Virus record (IMG/VR): IMGVR_UViG_3300025575_000011
Span: 20,151 to 84,150 of that record
Reading direction: 5' to 3' (one strand)
Length of the DNA stretch: 64,000 nt
DNA from: a virus
Taxonomy: Duplodnaviria > Caudoviricetes
Under the pieces are notes generated by a model. That model was given only the letters and a program-made list of their open reading frames with translations. It did not search any database and was not told the origin of the DNA. Every line of letters begins with the position of its first letter. Position 1 is the first letter of the stretch. A program made the translations under genes and the position numbers. Shown here piece by piece: positions 19,367 to 29,191 of the stretch.

Positions 19367-20332
19367 TTGTTAGAATTAAATAATATATATAATGAAGATT
19401 GTATATATGGAATGAAGAGAATTGATGCCGAATCTATTGATTTAATTATTACAGATCCTCCATACTTAATTAATTATCAGAGTGCAATGAGGACTGATAG
19501 ATTTGATAAGATTGAAGGAGATAAAGGTACTAAATCGGATTATAATTTAATTACTAATTCGTTAAATGAACTGCATAGAGTATTAAAGGAAGGTTCGCAT
19601 ATTTATATGTTTTGCAGTTGGCATAATATTGATTTCTTCAAGCAAGAATTTCAAAAACATTTTGAATTAAAGAATATATTAATATGGAAGAAGAAGGGTG
19701 GGTTTATAGGCGATTTAGAAACACAATATGGTGTTGATTATGAGTTTATATTATTTGGATTTAAAAAATGGGAATATTATGATGTAGATAAAGATTGTAA
19801 TTCATACCCCTTAGTAAGAGGCTATTTTAAAAAATTACAAAAGCATATAGGTTTAAAATTAAAAGAAATAAACACACATTTAGGGCATAGAAAAGCGGAA
19901 CATTGTTTTTACTGGAAAACAACGCAATGGGATATGCCGACTAAAGAAACATATAATGAATTAATAAGAACCTTCAACATTGATAACTGGAATGAATTCA
20001 AAGAATTTAATAGCTTGAAGGTCGAATATGATAAATTAAAATATATTTATAATAAAAGAAAACCTTTAAATGGGAAAAGAATATCTGGCATAATTGAAAC
20101 ATCTAAAGTGCCCAATAAGGAATATATTCACCCTACTCAAAAACCAGAAGAGATAATTAACATACTTATAGAAAAATCAAGCATAGAAAACGACATAATT
20201 CTTGATCCCTTTATAGGTTCTGGTACGACTGCAATAGCATCAATGAACACTAATCGTCAATACATAGGTTTTGAATTAGATAATACATATTATGATTTAG
20301 CACAAAAAAGAATAGAAGAACATATCAATTAA
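19367..20332 (+). CDS. beta-class N4/N6 DNA methyltransferase with internal insertion
   Basis: ITDPPY, HPTQKP, LDPFIGSGTT; about 100 aa helical insert. Confidence 0.92.
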   Translation: MLELNNIYNEDCIYGMKRIDAESIDLIITDPPYLINYQSAMRTDRFDKIEGDKGTKSDYNLITNSLNELHRVLKEGSHIYMFCSWHNIDFFKQEFQKHFELKNILIWKKKGGFIGDLETQYGVDYEFILFGFKKWEYYDVDKDCNSYPLVRGYFKKLQKHIGLKLKEINTHLGHRKAEHCFYWKTTQWDMPTKETYNELIRTFNIDNWNEFKEFNSLKVEYDKLKYIYNKRKPLNGKRISGIIETSKVPNKEYIHPTQKPEEIINILIEKSSIENDIILDPFIGSGTTAIASMNTNRQYIGFELDNTYYDLAQKRIEEHIN

Positions 20333-20359
20333 GGTAATTACATAAAATATATAAAATAT

Positions 20360-20551
20360 TACCATAAAATCGAATTTTCATCGTCCTCAATAATTAAGAA
20401 TCTAAAATATTAGAAAATCAGGTATTAAACATCTGAAACCCTTACACACCAACGGTTACAGAGGTTGGTTTCACCATTTATCCAAAAACACAGTAAAACA
20501 GCCATTTTTCCCTAAAATACCCTAATAGGATAAAAAACACATTTCGAAGGG
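20360..20551. repeat. composite element: site-hairpin-site, right of the methylase
   Basis: direct-repeat flanks similar to the left copy; loop inverted. Confidence 0.75.
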
Positions 20552-20569
20552 TTATAAAGGAGAACTAAA

Positions 20570-20737
20570 ATGTTTATACTAACATGCTCTAAGTGTAATA
20601 ATAAAATAGAAATTGATGAAGATAAATATAGAGTTAAACCCACTGACAATTTTAGTATTTTTATTAACTATAGCGATTATGGAGATGCAATATTTATTGA
20701 GTGTAATAATTGTTGTCAAGAAACTATAATAAAATAA
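20570..20737 (+). CDS. 55 aa Zn-ribbon protein
   Basis: own translation MFILTCSKC...ECNNCCQETIIK; AAGGAG RBS. Confidence 0.5.
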   Translation: MFILTCSKCNNKIEIDEDKYRVKPTDNFSIFINYSDYGDAIFIECNNCCQETIIK

Positions 20738-20750
20738 AGGAGTGGAATAA

Positions 20751-20909
20751 ATGGATACTAAAATAAACATATGTGATACTTGCATCCACCATCCCTACGA
20801 TTGTTCAGCAAAAGAAACAGATGTTAGATATGGTGATGGAATTGGTTTAGATAATGTTTATGATTGTGCTGTTTATACTAAAGGAACTGTGGGATTTGCT
20901 CAATATTAA
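20751..20909 (+). CDS. 52 aa Cys/His-rich protein
   Basis: own translation MDTKINICDTCIHHPYDC...; GGAGTGG RBS. Confidence 0.5.
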   Translation: MDTKINICDTCIHHPYDCSAKETDVRYGDGIGLDNVYDCAVYTKGTVGFAQY

Positions 20910-20911
20910 CA

Positions 20912-20940
20912 TTGACTTTATAAGTGTAATATAATATAAT
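20912..20940 (+). promoter_or_regulatory. sigma-A-type promoter
   Basis: TTGACT-17 nt-TATAAT. Confidence 0.8.
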
Positions 20941-20983
20941 TATGGTATACATAAGAAGTAATTTGGGAAGGAGGATGAGTTTT

Positions 20984-21418
20984 ATGGCTAAGAGTTTATT
21001 ATCTAAGACATCAAAACCTAAAACAAGATCAACAAGTAGAAAAACATCTAAAGAGGATTATCAATTTTTAGTTGGTGCTAGTGTCGTATATTGTGGTTCT
21101 CTAGGAGGATATGAAAAGGCTGAATGTGTTGTTGTATCTAGAAACCGAAAATACCTTCAAGAATATTATCATATTAGATTCAGTAATAATGACGAAGTTG
21201 AAACTATCGGTGGGATTTTAAAGTCAAAAGAAGATTATGAATTAGAAAATCAAGATGATAAGACTAAACAATTTACTGATATTGAAGATTCTTATCAGAA
21301 CCCACAAAACTGCTTAAATCCAATTACATTTTATGAGATGAGATGTATGGAGTGTGGTTATGAAACAAAATGCGTTTATCGTAATAAGCATGATTATAAG
21401 AAGATTAAGTTTAATTAG
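20984..21418 (+). CDS. hypothetical protein with C-terminal Cys cluster
   Basis: AAGGAGG RBS; likely start ATG 20984. Confidence 0.65.
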   Translation: MAKSLLSKTSKPKTRSTSRKTSKEDYQFLVGASVVYCGSLGGYEKAECVVVSRNRKYLQEYYHIRFSNNDEVETIGGILKSKEDYELENQDDKTKQFTDIEDSYQNPQNCLNPITFYEMRCMECGYETKCVYRNKHDYKKIKFN

Positions 21419-21435
21419 AAAGGAGAAAATACCAC

Positions 21436-22002
21436 TTGAATATAGAAAATGTTAAAGTTTATGATTTAGAAGAGTCCATTAAGGCTTCTAAATATCCAAT
21501 GGCAACTAATACTTCAGAAGCTAATTCTGATGTCACAGGAACAGTCCTTGCGTTAGGTAATAGCAAAAAAGGCGAAGGACATGATCAATTTCTCACTGGA
21601 ATCAGAGTTAATTTTGATTTAACATTTTCAAACAAAGCATGGGTGGAATTAGAAAGATATAGGTTCATTGAGTTTGTTTCTAGTCAATCTACAATGCATA
21701 GGCTATCAAAATTTGATTTAAAACAACAATATAATAAATATGTTGACCCAAGAATGATTTTTATTATGGAACAATTAAAAGATACATATAATAAGACAAA
21801 TGATAAAGAAGATTATTTAAAATTGCTATATTCTAATCCATCAGGTTTTGAATTAACTGCAAGATTAACAACAAATTATAGAGCATTAAAAACAGTTTAT
21901 AGTCAACGAAAAAATCATCGCCTTCCAGAATGGAGAGCATTTTGTACTTGGGTTTTGACACTACCACATTTTGTTGAGTTGTGTTTAGGAGGAGAGATTT
22001 AA
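21436..22002 (+). CDS. ThyX-like flavin-dependent thymidylate synthase (short phage variant)
   Basis: ERYRF...SSQSTMHR and NYRALKTVYSQRKNHRLPEW resemble the ThyX motif; nucleotide-metabolism context. Confidence 0.6.
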   Translation: MNIENVKVYDLEESIKASKYPMATNTSEANSDVTGTVLALGNSKKGEGHDQFLTGIRVNFDLTFSNKAWVELERYRFIEFVSSQSTMHRLSKFDLKQQYNKYVDPRMIFIMEQLKDTYNKTNDKEDYLKLLYSNPSGFELTARLTTNYRALKTVYSQRKNHRLPEWRAFCTWVLTLPHFVELCLGGEI

Positions 22003-22565
22003 TGCCAATTATTATTCCAATCTCAGGTAAAGCAGAATCAGGTAAGGATTTTACAGCAAAATTACTTAAAGAAGAATTAGAAAGACAAGATCAAAGAGTC
22101 TTAATCATAAATTATGCGGATCAGTTAAAATTTATATGTTCTAAATACTTCGGTTGGAATGGTGAAAAAGATAATATTGGACGCTCATTATTGCAGCAGA
22201 TTGGAACTGAAAAAGTAAGATCAAAGAATAATAACTTTTGGGTAGATAATGTCATTGAATTTGTCAAAGTATTTCAAGATGATTATGATTATGTTATTAT
22301 TCCAGATTGTAGATTTGCCAATGAAATAGAGAGATGGAACAATAATTTTGAGTTTGTATCATTGCGTGTAGAGAGATTTAATTATGAGAACCATCTTACC
22401 CCAGAACAGAGATTACATTCTTCTGAAACAGCATTAGACGATTACAACTTTGATTATTACATAAAGTCCGAAAGTGGAGTAGATATTTTAAAAGAAAAGG
22501 TAATTAAATTTATTGAACGGATGAATGAGTGGGATAATCATTTAAAGGAGTGGAATAATGTTTAA
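22002..22565 (+). CDS. deoxynucleotide monophosphate kinase-like P-loop kinase
   Basis: ISGKAESGKD, YADQLK, IIPDCRFANE, HSSETALD. Confidence 0.8.
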   Translation: MPIIIPISGKAESGKDFTAKLLKEELERQDQRVLIINYADQLKFICSKYFGWNGEKDNIGRSLLQQIGTEKVRSKNNNFWVDNVIEFVKVFQDDYDYVIIPDCRFANEIERWNNNFEFVSLRVERFNYENHLTPEQRLHSSETALDDYNFDYYIKSESGVDILKEKVIKFIERMNEWDNHLKEWNNV

Positions 22566-23133
22566 ACCAAAACTTTTTTGTGATATAGACAACACGCTCA
22601 CACAAACTACTGAAGCATTCGTAAAGACATACTCCTCAATTTATAAAGATCATCCTGATTATGTTAAACCAAATTGGGAATTAGTGAATATGTGGAATTT
22701 TGAAGATCAATGTAAATTATTAAAAGGAGTAGAAGAAGTAGAAAAGATATTCGGTACAATTGAATTATTCAAAAACCTTGAATTTATTAACCATAATACA
22801 TATGAAGTCATTGAAAAACTTAGTGAAAAGTATGAAATTGTTCTTGTGTCGATTGGTTCATATAATAATATTAGTTTCAAAAGTCAGTATGTTAAAAAGA
22901 ATTTACCATTCATTACAGAAGCAATATTCCTTGTTAATAATGGGTGTGCAATGCGAAAAGAACTTGTAAATATGCTAGGCGAAGGCAATGTCTTTTTGGA
23001 GGATGTTGAAAGTAATCTGAGAAGTGTTCAAGTAGAGCGTAAGATATGTTTTGGAATTACTAAGAGTTGGAATGAGATGTGGAAAGGCGAGAGAGCATTA
23101 GATTGGACAGAGGTTGCTAGTAAATTATTGTAA
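22558..23133 (+). CDS. HAD-family 5'(3')-deoxyribonucleotidase
   Basis: CDIDNTL motif I; LEDVESNL. Confidence 0.75.
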   Translation: MFKPKLFCDIDNTLTQTTEAFVKTYSSIYKDHPDYVKPNWELVNMWNFEDQCKLLKGVEEVEKIFGTIELFKNLEFINHNTYEVIEKLSEKYEIVLVSIGSYNNISFKSQYVKKNLPFITEAIFLVNNGCAMRKELVNMLGEGNVFLEDVESNLRSVQVERKICFGITKSWNEMWKGERALDWTEVASKLL

Positions 23134-23157
23134 ATAATATATATAAAATGAAGGGAA

Positions 23158-23442
23158 ATGATGTATATTATGAAAGAAGTTATTGATATTGAAGATTTTC
23201 TTGAATACTCACCACAAGATATTGAGTGGTTTCAGATTCTAAATGGTAAAAGACCATTCCACCAATTAATAGACAAAGACGCTTTATTAGAAATGATGCA
23301 AATAGAGCATGAGAAATATTGTAATGATAATGGTTTGTGTTCTGAATGTATGGGTTATATGGAAAGACAAGATCAGAAAGAAGAGATTTGTGGTTCGATT
23401 AGGACTAGCGAAGTGCTTTGGGTTTGTAGTAGAGGATGTTAG
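23158..23442 (+). CDS. hypothetical Zn-binding protein
   Basis: CSEC...CSRGC. Confidence 0.55.
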   Translation: MMYIMKEVIDIEDFLEYSPQDIEWFQILNGKRPFHQLIDKDALLEMMQIEHEKYCNDNGLCSECMGYMERQDQKEEICGSIRTSEVLWVCSRGC

Positions 23443-23503
23443 ATTAAGGTTTTACTAATGGTATTCACGCTTTCCTATCGAGCGTTTATATAAATATAGG
23501 GTA

Positions 23504-23956
23504 GTGACCGAACCACTAAGGAGGAAATTAATAATGGAAGTTAAAGATTTTGAAAGATACTTAAAGTTGATTGAACTTAAGAAGACATGTCAAGATATAT
23601 ATTCAAAAAATACCAGTGAAGAAAATCTTAATAATATAATAAAGATTGATGATGAATTTAGAGATTTACAAAAGGGACTGGCAAACTTTCTCTTCAGCAA
23701 TCAAAGTAGTGTTGAAACTGTTTTAGATAAACTTAAAATCAGGCTTAATCGTTTTAGCGAATATGCTGGATCTAATGAAACCAAAAACTTCAATGAAATC
23801 AAAATGGTTAAAGAAATATTGAATTTAATTGATACATATGATTGGAAGAATATGAATGCTACTTATCATACTGGAGAGGTTAAACAAATTTCTATTTGGG
23901 AGCAAAATGGGAATGGACAAATAAGAAATCATAAAGTTTGGAATGTAGTAGAATAA
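23504..23956 (+). CDS. hypothetical protein
   Basis: 150 aa ORF. Confidence 0.55.
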   Translation: MTEPLRRKLIMEVKDFERYLKLIELKKTCQDIYSKNTSEENLNNIIKIDDEFRDLQKGLANFLFSNQSSVETVLDKLKIRLNRFSEYAGSNETKNFNEIKMVKEILNLIDTYDWKNMNATYHTGEVKQISIWEQNGNGQIRNHKVWNVVE

Positions 23957-24243
23957 AATAATATAATGTAGTAATATTGATAACTTACTGAGATAGGCGG
24001 TAGGTTATCAATATTTAATATGAAAGATAAGGAGAAACTTAAAATGAATGAAGATTTAAAATATGGCATGGTTCTAATTGATGAAGATGAGGTAGAACAT
24101 GAATTAATTTTTACTAAAGATGCTTGGAAGAAAATATTTGATGCTGTGAAGATTGTTATTCCTGATATTAAGGGTTAAAAGCAATTATAGACTTTATGCT
24201 CAATATAGAGTGTGAAGTCTATTAAACTATATATAATATTAAC

Positions 24244-24272
24244 TTGACTTTGCTATGGATTAGTAGTATAAT
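24244..24272 (+). promoter_or_regulatory. sigma-A-type promoter
   Basis: TTGACT-17 nt-TATAAT upstream of the endonuclease gene. Confidence 0.8.
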
Positions 24273-24318
24273 ATAGGTAGTGGTAAGTATGATTATTTTG
24301 AGAGGAGGGTTAGAATTT

Positions 24319-25776
24319 ATGTTGGTTACTAAAGAAGTTGAAGTGGGATTATCCTCAATAAATACTAAATACTATGAAAAATTAGGATATAAGATACCAA
24401 GGAGAATAGATAAATATGGAATAAATTGTGTTAAAAGAGGAACAAAAATTAGAGTAAAAACGCAAGATTTACAAGATAGGTGTAATTCGTTAGTTGATGT
24501 TATATGTGATGGATGTGAAAAAACATTAAATATAAAATGGAGTGACTATAAAAGAAGTGTAAAAGAAAATGGAGAATGTTATTGCTTTAAGTGTGGTAAT
24601 GCAGGGCATAAGAAATGGGTTAGTTTCTATGAGTGGTGTTACCTTAATTTATCTAAAGAAGATGCTGATAGGATATTATCTCGTTGGGACTATGATTTAA
24701 ATGGAATAAACCCTATTGATGTTACCTATAGTTCTAAAGGGCTAAATGGAAAAGGATATTGGTTTAAATGTTTGACATATCATGAGCATGGATCAGAGTT
24801 AAGAGACATTAGTAATTTTACAAGTGGTGAAGTGGGGAGTATTTGTTGCACCAAATGTAACAAAATTGCAGTCACCAATCCTGATTTGGTAGATTTTTTT
24901 GTTGATAAGGAAGATGTATTAAAATATTCAAGTGGCTCCGAAAAATCCACTTTGATTAGATGCCCTGAATGTGAATTTCAAAATAAAAGAATTATTAAAA
25001 ATTTTATACGATATGGAATTAATTGTCCTAAATGTTCCGACGGAGTACCATATCCTGAAAAATTTATGTTTAGCGTTCTATGTCAACTAGATATAATATT
25101 TAAAACTCAGTTATCTAAATCTACTTTTGAATGGTGTGGTAAATACCAGTATGATAACTTTATTTCAGAAATAAATTGCATAATCGAGACTCATGGGTTA
25201 CAGCATTATGAAGAGAATGCTAATTGGAAAATGTCATTAGATAAAACGCAAGAGAATGATAAATTAAAGGAACAAAATGCTAAAGATAATAACATAGGGA
25301 ATTATATAGTTTTAGATTGCAGGTATTCTCAACTAGAATGGATTAAAAATAGTATAATGCACAGCGAGATTCCACGGTTATTAAACTTCAAAGAAGAAGA
25401 TATTAATTGGCTACAATGCTCTGAATATGCTTGCAAAAACATGGTCAAGGAGGCATGTAATTTGTGGAATTCTGGAATCAATAAAACAATAATAATAGCA
25501 GATAAATTAAGGATTAGTAGAGCAACTGTATTAAGATACTTAAAACAAGGTGCAGAACTAAAGTGGTGCAAATATATTAATCACAGTAAAGTAATATGCC
25601 TAACTACAAATGAAATTTTCAATACACAAACAGAAGCGTCTAGAAAATATAATATGTATAGTAGCAGTGATATTGCTCAATGTTGCAGACACAATAGACC
25701 ATTTTCAGGTAAACATCCAGACACGGGAGAGAAACTTGTGTGGATGTATTATGGAGAGTATCTATCTATAACTTAA
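24319..25776 (+). CDS. free-standing Zn-ribbon / Vsr-like PD-(D/E)XK endonuclease with C-terminal NUMOD-like HTH
   Basis: multiple CxxC, YDNFI..CIIETHGLQHY, VICLTTNEIF...CC...WMY; paralog of 52263..53744. Confidence 0.7.
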   Translation: MLVTKEVEVGLSSINTKYYEKLGYKIPRRIDKYGINCVKRGTKIRVKTQDLQDRCNSLVDVICDGCEKTLNIKWSDYKRSVKENGECYCFKCGNAGHKKWVSFYEWCYLNLSKEDADRILSRWDYDLNGINPIDVTYSSKGLNGKGYWFKCLTYHEHGSELRDISNFTSGEVGSICCTKCNKIAVTNPDLVDFFVDKEDVLKYSSGSEKSTLIRCPECEFQNKRIIKNFIRYGINCPKCSDGVPYPEKFMFSVLCQLDIIFKTQLSKSTFEWCGKYQYDNFISEINCIIETHGLQHYEENANWKMSLDKTQENDKLKEQNAKDNNIGNYIVLDCRYSQLEWIKNSIMHSEIPRLLNFKEEDINWLQCSEYACKNMVKEACNLWNSGINKTIIIADKLRISRATVLRYLKQGAELKWCKYINHSKVICLTTNEIFNTQTEASRKYNMYSSSDIAQCCRHNRPFSGKHPDTGEKLVWMYYGEYLSIT

Positions 25777-25838
25777 TAATCTAATTTTATTGAGTCTCAT
25801 AATTAATATTACTAAAAACAGATGATTAAGAATACTCA

Positions 25839-26735
25839 TTAAGCGTAGAATTTATCATAAACGTCTCTCCTATTTTGGCATCTCTTTGGTCTCTTTTGAT
25901 CTTGAGAGATGCTTATGTTTTTTGATGGATACAAGATTACTAAACCACTTTTCTGTTGTCTAATTGACGATACTACTAATCCAAATTCACTCTTCTTGAT
26001 TTTATTATGTAATATTTTTTCATTAACCATCTTCAGTGCAAAGTCTAATTGACTTGGGGTTGCCTGTTCTTGCTTCATAATATTTTGATACTGTTTACCT
26101 CTGTTACTATCAATGTCAATCCCATTGCTCCCCAATATAAAAATTGTGGATAAAGTTTCATCATCGTCTCTAATATTTTCAGTTTTACATACAGAGTTTA
26201 ATATTAAAGGGATGGTTTCTTCTTTGTGCGTCACCGTTGGCATGTCTCTTTTTAAAGAAATACTAAACTTCTTATCCCCTTCTATCTCCCCTGCCCTCTT
26301 AATAGGAAGGAGAGAGTATAAATTGCTTGTAGTATACCTCTGTAAAGACACTAAACACGATGCCCTTACCAATTCCCCTATAAATCTCTGAATGCTTCTT
26401 ACAGAGCATCGTAGTGCCTTTGATAAGTACAACTGACTAGGAAAAATTGATTTCTTCCTACCATACATCATGCTTTTAACTTTCATATAAAGCACTATGG
26501 CCCCATTGGATAAGTCAAACTCCTCTGCAATTTCCCATATCTCATTATTGAAAATAGTAAAGTTACCTTCATATTGATCTAAACTTGCCACAATATTTTC
26601 CTCATCTCTAGCATTTGGGTATATTGAACTAGACATTAAGAAAATACATGTTATACTAAAAGAACAGAGAAACCCCCTTGTATTAGTAAACAAATATTTT
26701 TCATGTCCAGCCCATGATTTGTGATCGGCAGCCAA
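25839..26735 (-). CDS. HTH replication-initiator-like protein (start uncertain)
   Basis: NFTIF..LSNGAIVLY..FPSQLYLSKALRCSVRSIQRFIGEL; adjacent to the repeat array and par genes. Confidence 0.65.
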   Translation of the reverse strand: MAADHKSWAGHEKYLFTNTRGFLCSFSITCIFLMSSSIYPNARDEENIVASLDQYEGNFTIFNNEIWEIAEEFDLSNGAIVLYMKVKSMMYGRKKSIFPSQLYLSKALRCSVRSIQRFIGELVRASCLVSLQRYTTSNLYSLLPIKRAGEIEGDKKFSISLKRDMPTVTHKEETIPLILNSVCKTENIRDDDETLSTIFILGSNGIDIDSNRGKQYQNIMKQEQATPSQLDFALKMVNEKILHNKIKKSEFGLVVSSIRQQKSGLVILYPSKNISISQDQKRPKRCQNRRDVYDKFYA

Positions 26736-26895
26736 ACTGATTCACAATCATGGGTTTTGCTATTTCTAAAATGAATTTCTACACAATGTTTCATATCTAT
26801 CCACCTGTTGATATGTTTCTACAATGTTATTCCTTTGTGGACAAAATACTTACCATTAGTGTACTATATCCCCCAATATTTGCAATCAAAATAAT

Positions 26896-27335
26896 ATAGA
26901 CTCATATCCTCATATGCGTACAAGAGTATGTGTACATGAATGGATATGGGTCTATATGTTTATGTTCATATGCGTTTATAATTATATGAGTATAAACATT
27001 TATGTACTTGAAGCCATAAGAGTATGAGCGCATATGTACTTGTACATTTAAAATCATATACACCTAAACATATATACTCATATGAATCTAAACTCATAAG
27101 TACATGTGCGTATAAACATCTAAACCCATAGACGGATAAACATATATGTACTTATGCAATTATGTTTATATACTCATATGGGTTTATGATTACATACATC
27201 TATGGGTTTATGAATATATAATCATATGTGTTTGAATGTATAAGCACATAGACATATATGCGTATAAATACATATGAGCATAAAAATATAGATGTTCAAG
27301 TACATAAATACATAAACATCTATGGGTATATGTGT
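26896..27335. repeat. array of 55 in-register degenerate octamers (centromere- or iteron-like)
   Basis: 8-bp register kept throughout, e.g. ATATGCGT, ATAAACAT, CTATGGGT, ATATGTAC. Confidence 0.9.
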
Positions 27336-27461
27336 GGCATAAATTACTTAGAAGGCATACAAGAGCGTTTAAGGAGTTTTAGATATTTTAAGCATAAAGA
27401 AGACATTAACAAAACTAAATGCCCTTAGATAGCGTTAAATTCTATCTGAGAGCATTTATCT

Positions 27462-27962
27462 CTAGTCATCATCTACAATATCATACTCTTTACGAAATTC
27501 ACGAAAAACGAATTCTGATACTTGATCTCCACTGGTTATTGTCTCTGAGAGTTTATGTTTGTACTTTTCATAGAGATACTGACCAATTCTTAGAAATTCT
27601 TCAGCAATAATGCCTTGGTGATAGTTCTGAATTTCTGCATATTTTAATTCTCTTGAGATATTATCAATGTAATTTACAATCTTTTTATCAATAATATAAC
27701 TTGTTCTTGTTTTACCTTTTTCTTTAGTTAGAATTGTTCTCTTAATATCAGGTGTGATTTCAGGTTCTACAGTTAATTCTACAGGAGGAATTATGATTTC
27801 TTTAACAGGTGGTTTAATAACCTTGATCTTTTTAGGGATTATTTTCTTTGGTATTTCATCTACTTTAGTCTTTACAGCCTCATGCATATTACTGTTTTTT
27901 GATTGTTTAACCTTACTAGGCATTGAAAGAACCATAGCAGGATTAAATAATTGATCAGACAA
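27462..27962 (-). CDS. ParA partner / centromere-binding protein (RHH-like C-terminus)
   Basis: overlaps the parA stop; Pro/Lys-rich N-terminus, KTRTSYIIDKKIVNYID C-terminus. Confidence 0.6.
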   Translation of the reverse strand: MSDQLFNPAMVLSMPSKVKQSKNSNMHEAVKTKVDEIPKKIIPKKIKVIKPPVKEIIIPPVELTVEPEITPDIKRTILTKEKGKTRTSYIIDKKIVNYIDNISRELKYAEIQNYHQGIIAEEFLRIGQYLYEKYKHKLSETITSGDQVSEFVFREFRKEYDIVDDD

Positions 27963-28830
27963 GGCTTAATACCTCCTCTGCTAAAAGGTCAAAATCTTCT
28001 GAGCCACTAGAATGAGGTGCTAATTCTCCAATGAGCAAGTGTTTTTCAGGACAATCCATTAAAGAACTACATACACGAATTGGCGTAGTAGATAACTTGG
28101 TAGGGTAAACCTCCTTTATTACGTCTAATGCTTTATCGACACGATTTTTCATTCTTCTATCTAACATGTTGGGTATGATCATCCCAATATCCATGTAGTT
28201 ATAAACACCGTCTGTATCATACTCTTTCAAAAGGTCTATGTTCTGGTTTACTTCATCAATAGTTTGCTTTATTTGTGCTACTCCATTGACAGAAAAGAAG
28301 TCACATATCAAAGGAACAAATGTTGTCTGTGCAGCAAGCAAAGCATTTAAGTGTAATATCGAATGGGAGGGACTTGAATCGAAAAAAATGTAGTCATATT
28401 GGGCAAAGAATGGTTTATTGTCTTCCATGACGTTTTTTAATATAAGACCCGAACCTGCTTCTAATCCACGCTCAAGAACGAATTTAGCAAGCATTCTGTT
28501 GCCTTGAATCAAATCTAAGTTGTCTCTTACTCTAATTATTGCCTTATCTGGAGTTGCTGATTGATATAAGATGTCCGACATAGTTGGAATTTTTCCTATA
28601 TAATCTTGTACTCCAAAGAATAAACCAGTATTGTTTTGACTATCAAGATCCATTACTAAAACCTTTTTGCCCTTTTTAGCAAGTGAGGCCGAGAGGTTTA
28701 AGGTAATGGTTGTCTTTCCGACACCTCCCTTATGAGCTACGATTGCGATTATACGAGGATTAGCATTATGAAAAATAGATTGCTTCTTAGAAGTAGAAGG
28801 TTTCTTTTTTAACTTGTCCAATACTTTCAT
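27955..28830 (-). CDS. parA: ParA/Soj partition ATPase
   Basis: HKGGVGKTT deviant Walker A, DLDSQNN, YDYIFFDSSPS. Confidence 0.93.
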   Translation of the reverse strand: MKVLDKLKKKPSTSKKQSIFHNANPRIIAIVAHKGGVGKTTITLNLSASLAKKGKKVLVMDLDSQNNTGLFFGVQDYIGKIPTMSDILYQSATPDKAIIRVRDNLDLIQGNRMLAKFVLERGLEAGSGLILKNVMEDNKPFFAQYDYIFFDSSPSHSILHLNALLAAQTTFVPLICDFFSVNGVAQIKQTIDEVNQNIDLLKEYDTDGVYNYMDIGMIIPNMLDRRMKNRVDKALDVIKEVYPTKLSTTPIRVCSSLMDCPEKHLLIGELAPHSSGSEDFDLLAEEVLSLV

Positions 28831-28846
28831 ACAAAATCACTTCCTT

Positions 28847-29041
28847 TTACTCATATTTCTCAAAGAACTCTTCTAATGCTTTGTTTGCAAGTCCTGATTC
28901 AGATGTTCTATATTTATCTTTAAAGTTTGCTAATTTATGAAGGTTGTCCAGAGTAATATACAGTCCCTTTAGCTTTTTCAAGACAGATGATGGTTTAGAT
29001 GGCATATCCAAATATTTTTTACTCATGATATCTGCATCCAT
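28847..29041 (-). CDS. small ribbon-helix-helix regulator
   Basis: GLYIT..LHKL....SGLANKALEEFFEKY; GGAGG RBS. Confidence 0.6.
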   Translation of the reverse strand: MDADIMSKKYLDMPSKPSSVLKKLKGLYITLDNLHKLANFKDKYRTSESGLANKALEEFFEKYE

Positions 29042-29191
29042 AATGTCCTCCTAAATGTTAATGTTAATGTTAACATTCTACATTAGATTCTAAAATCCTT
29101 TATTCGACAGAAAAGAAATTTTGTAGTAGGAATATTGCAATGTCCACTCCCATAAGATTGTAATACAATTGTAATACAAATTAAGGAGGGA

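Noticed and set aside
14039-23133. nrdD/nrdG, dut, ThyX-like, kinase and nucleotidase cluster as a novelty
   Set aside because: Ordinary nucleotide-supply genes of large anaerobe phages.
26896-27335. Repeat region as a CRISPR array or a coding repeat
   Set aside because: Contiguous 8-bp units with no spacers and no long ORF.
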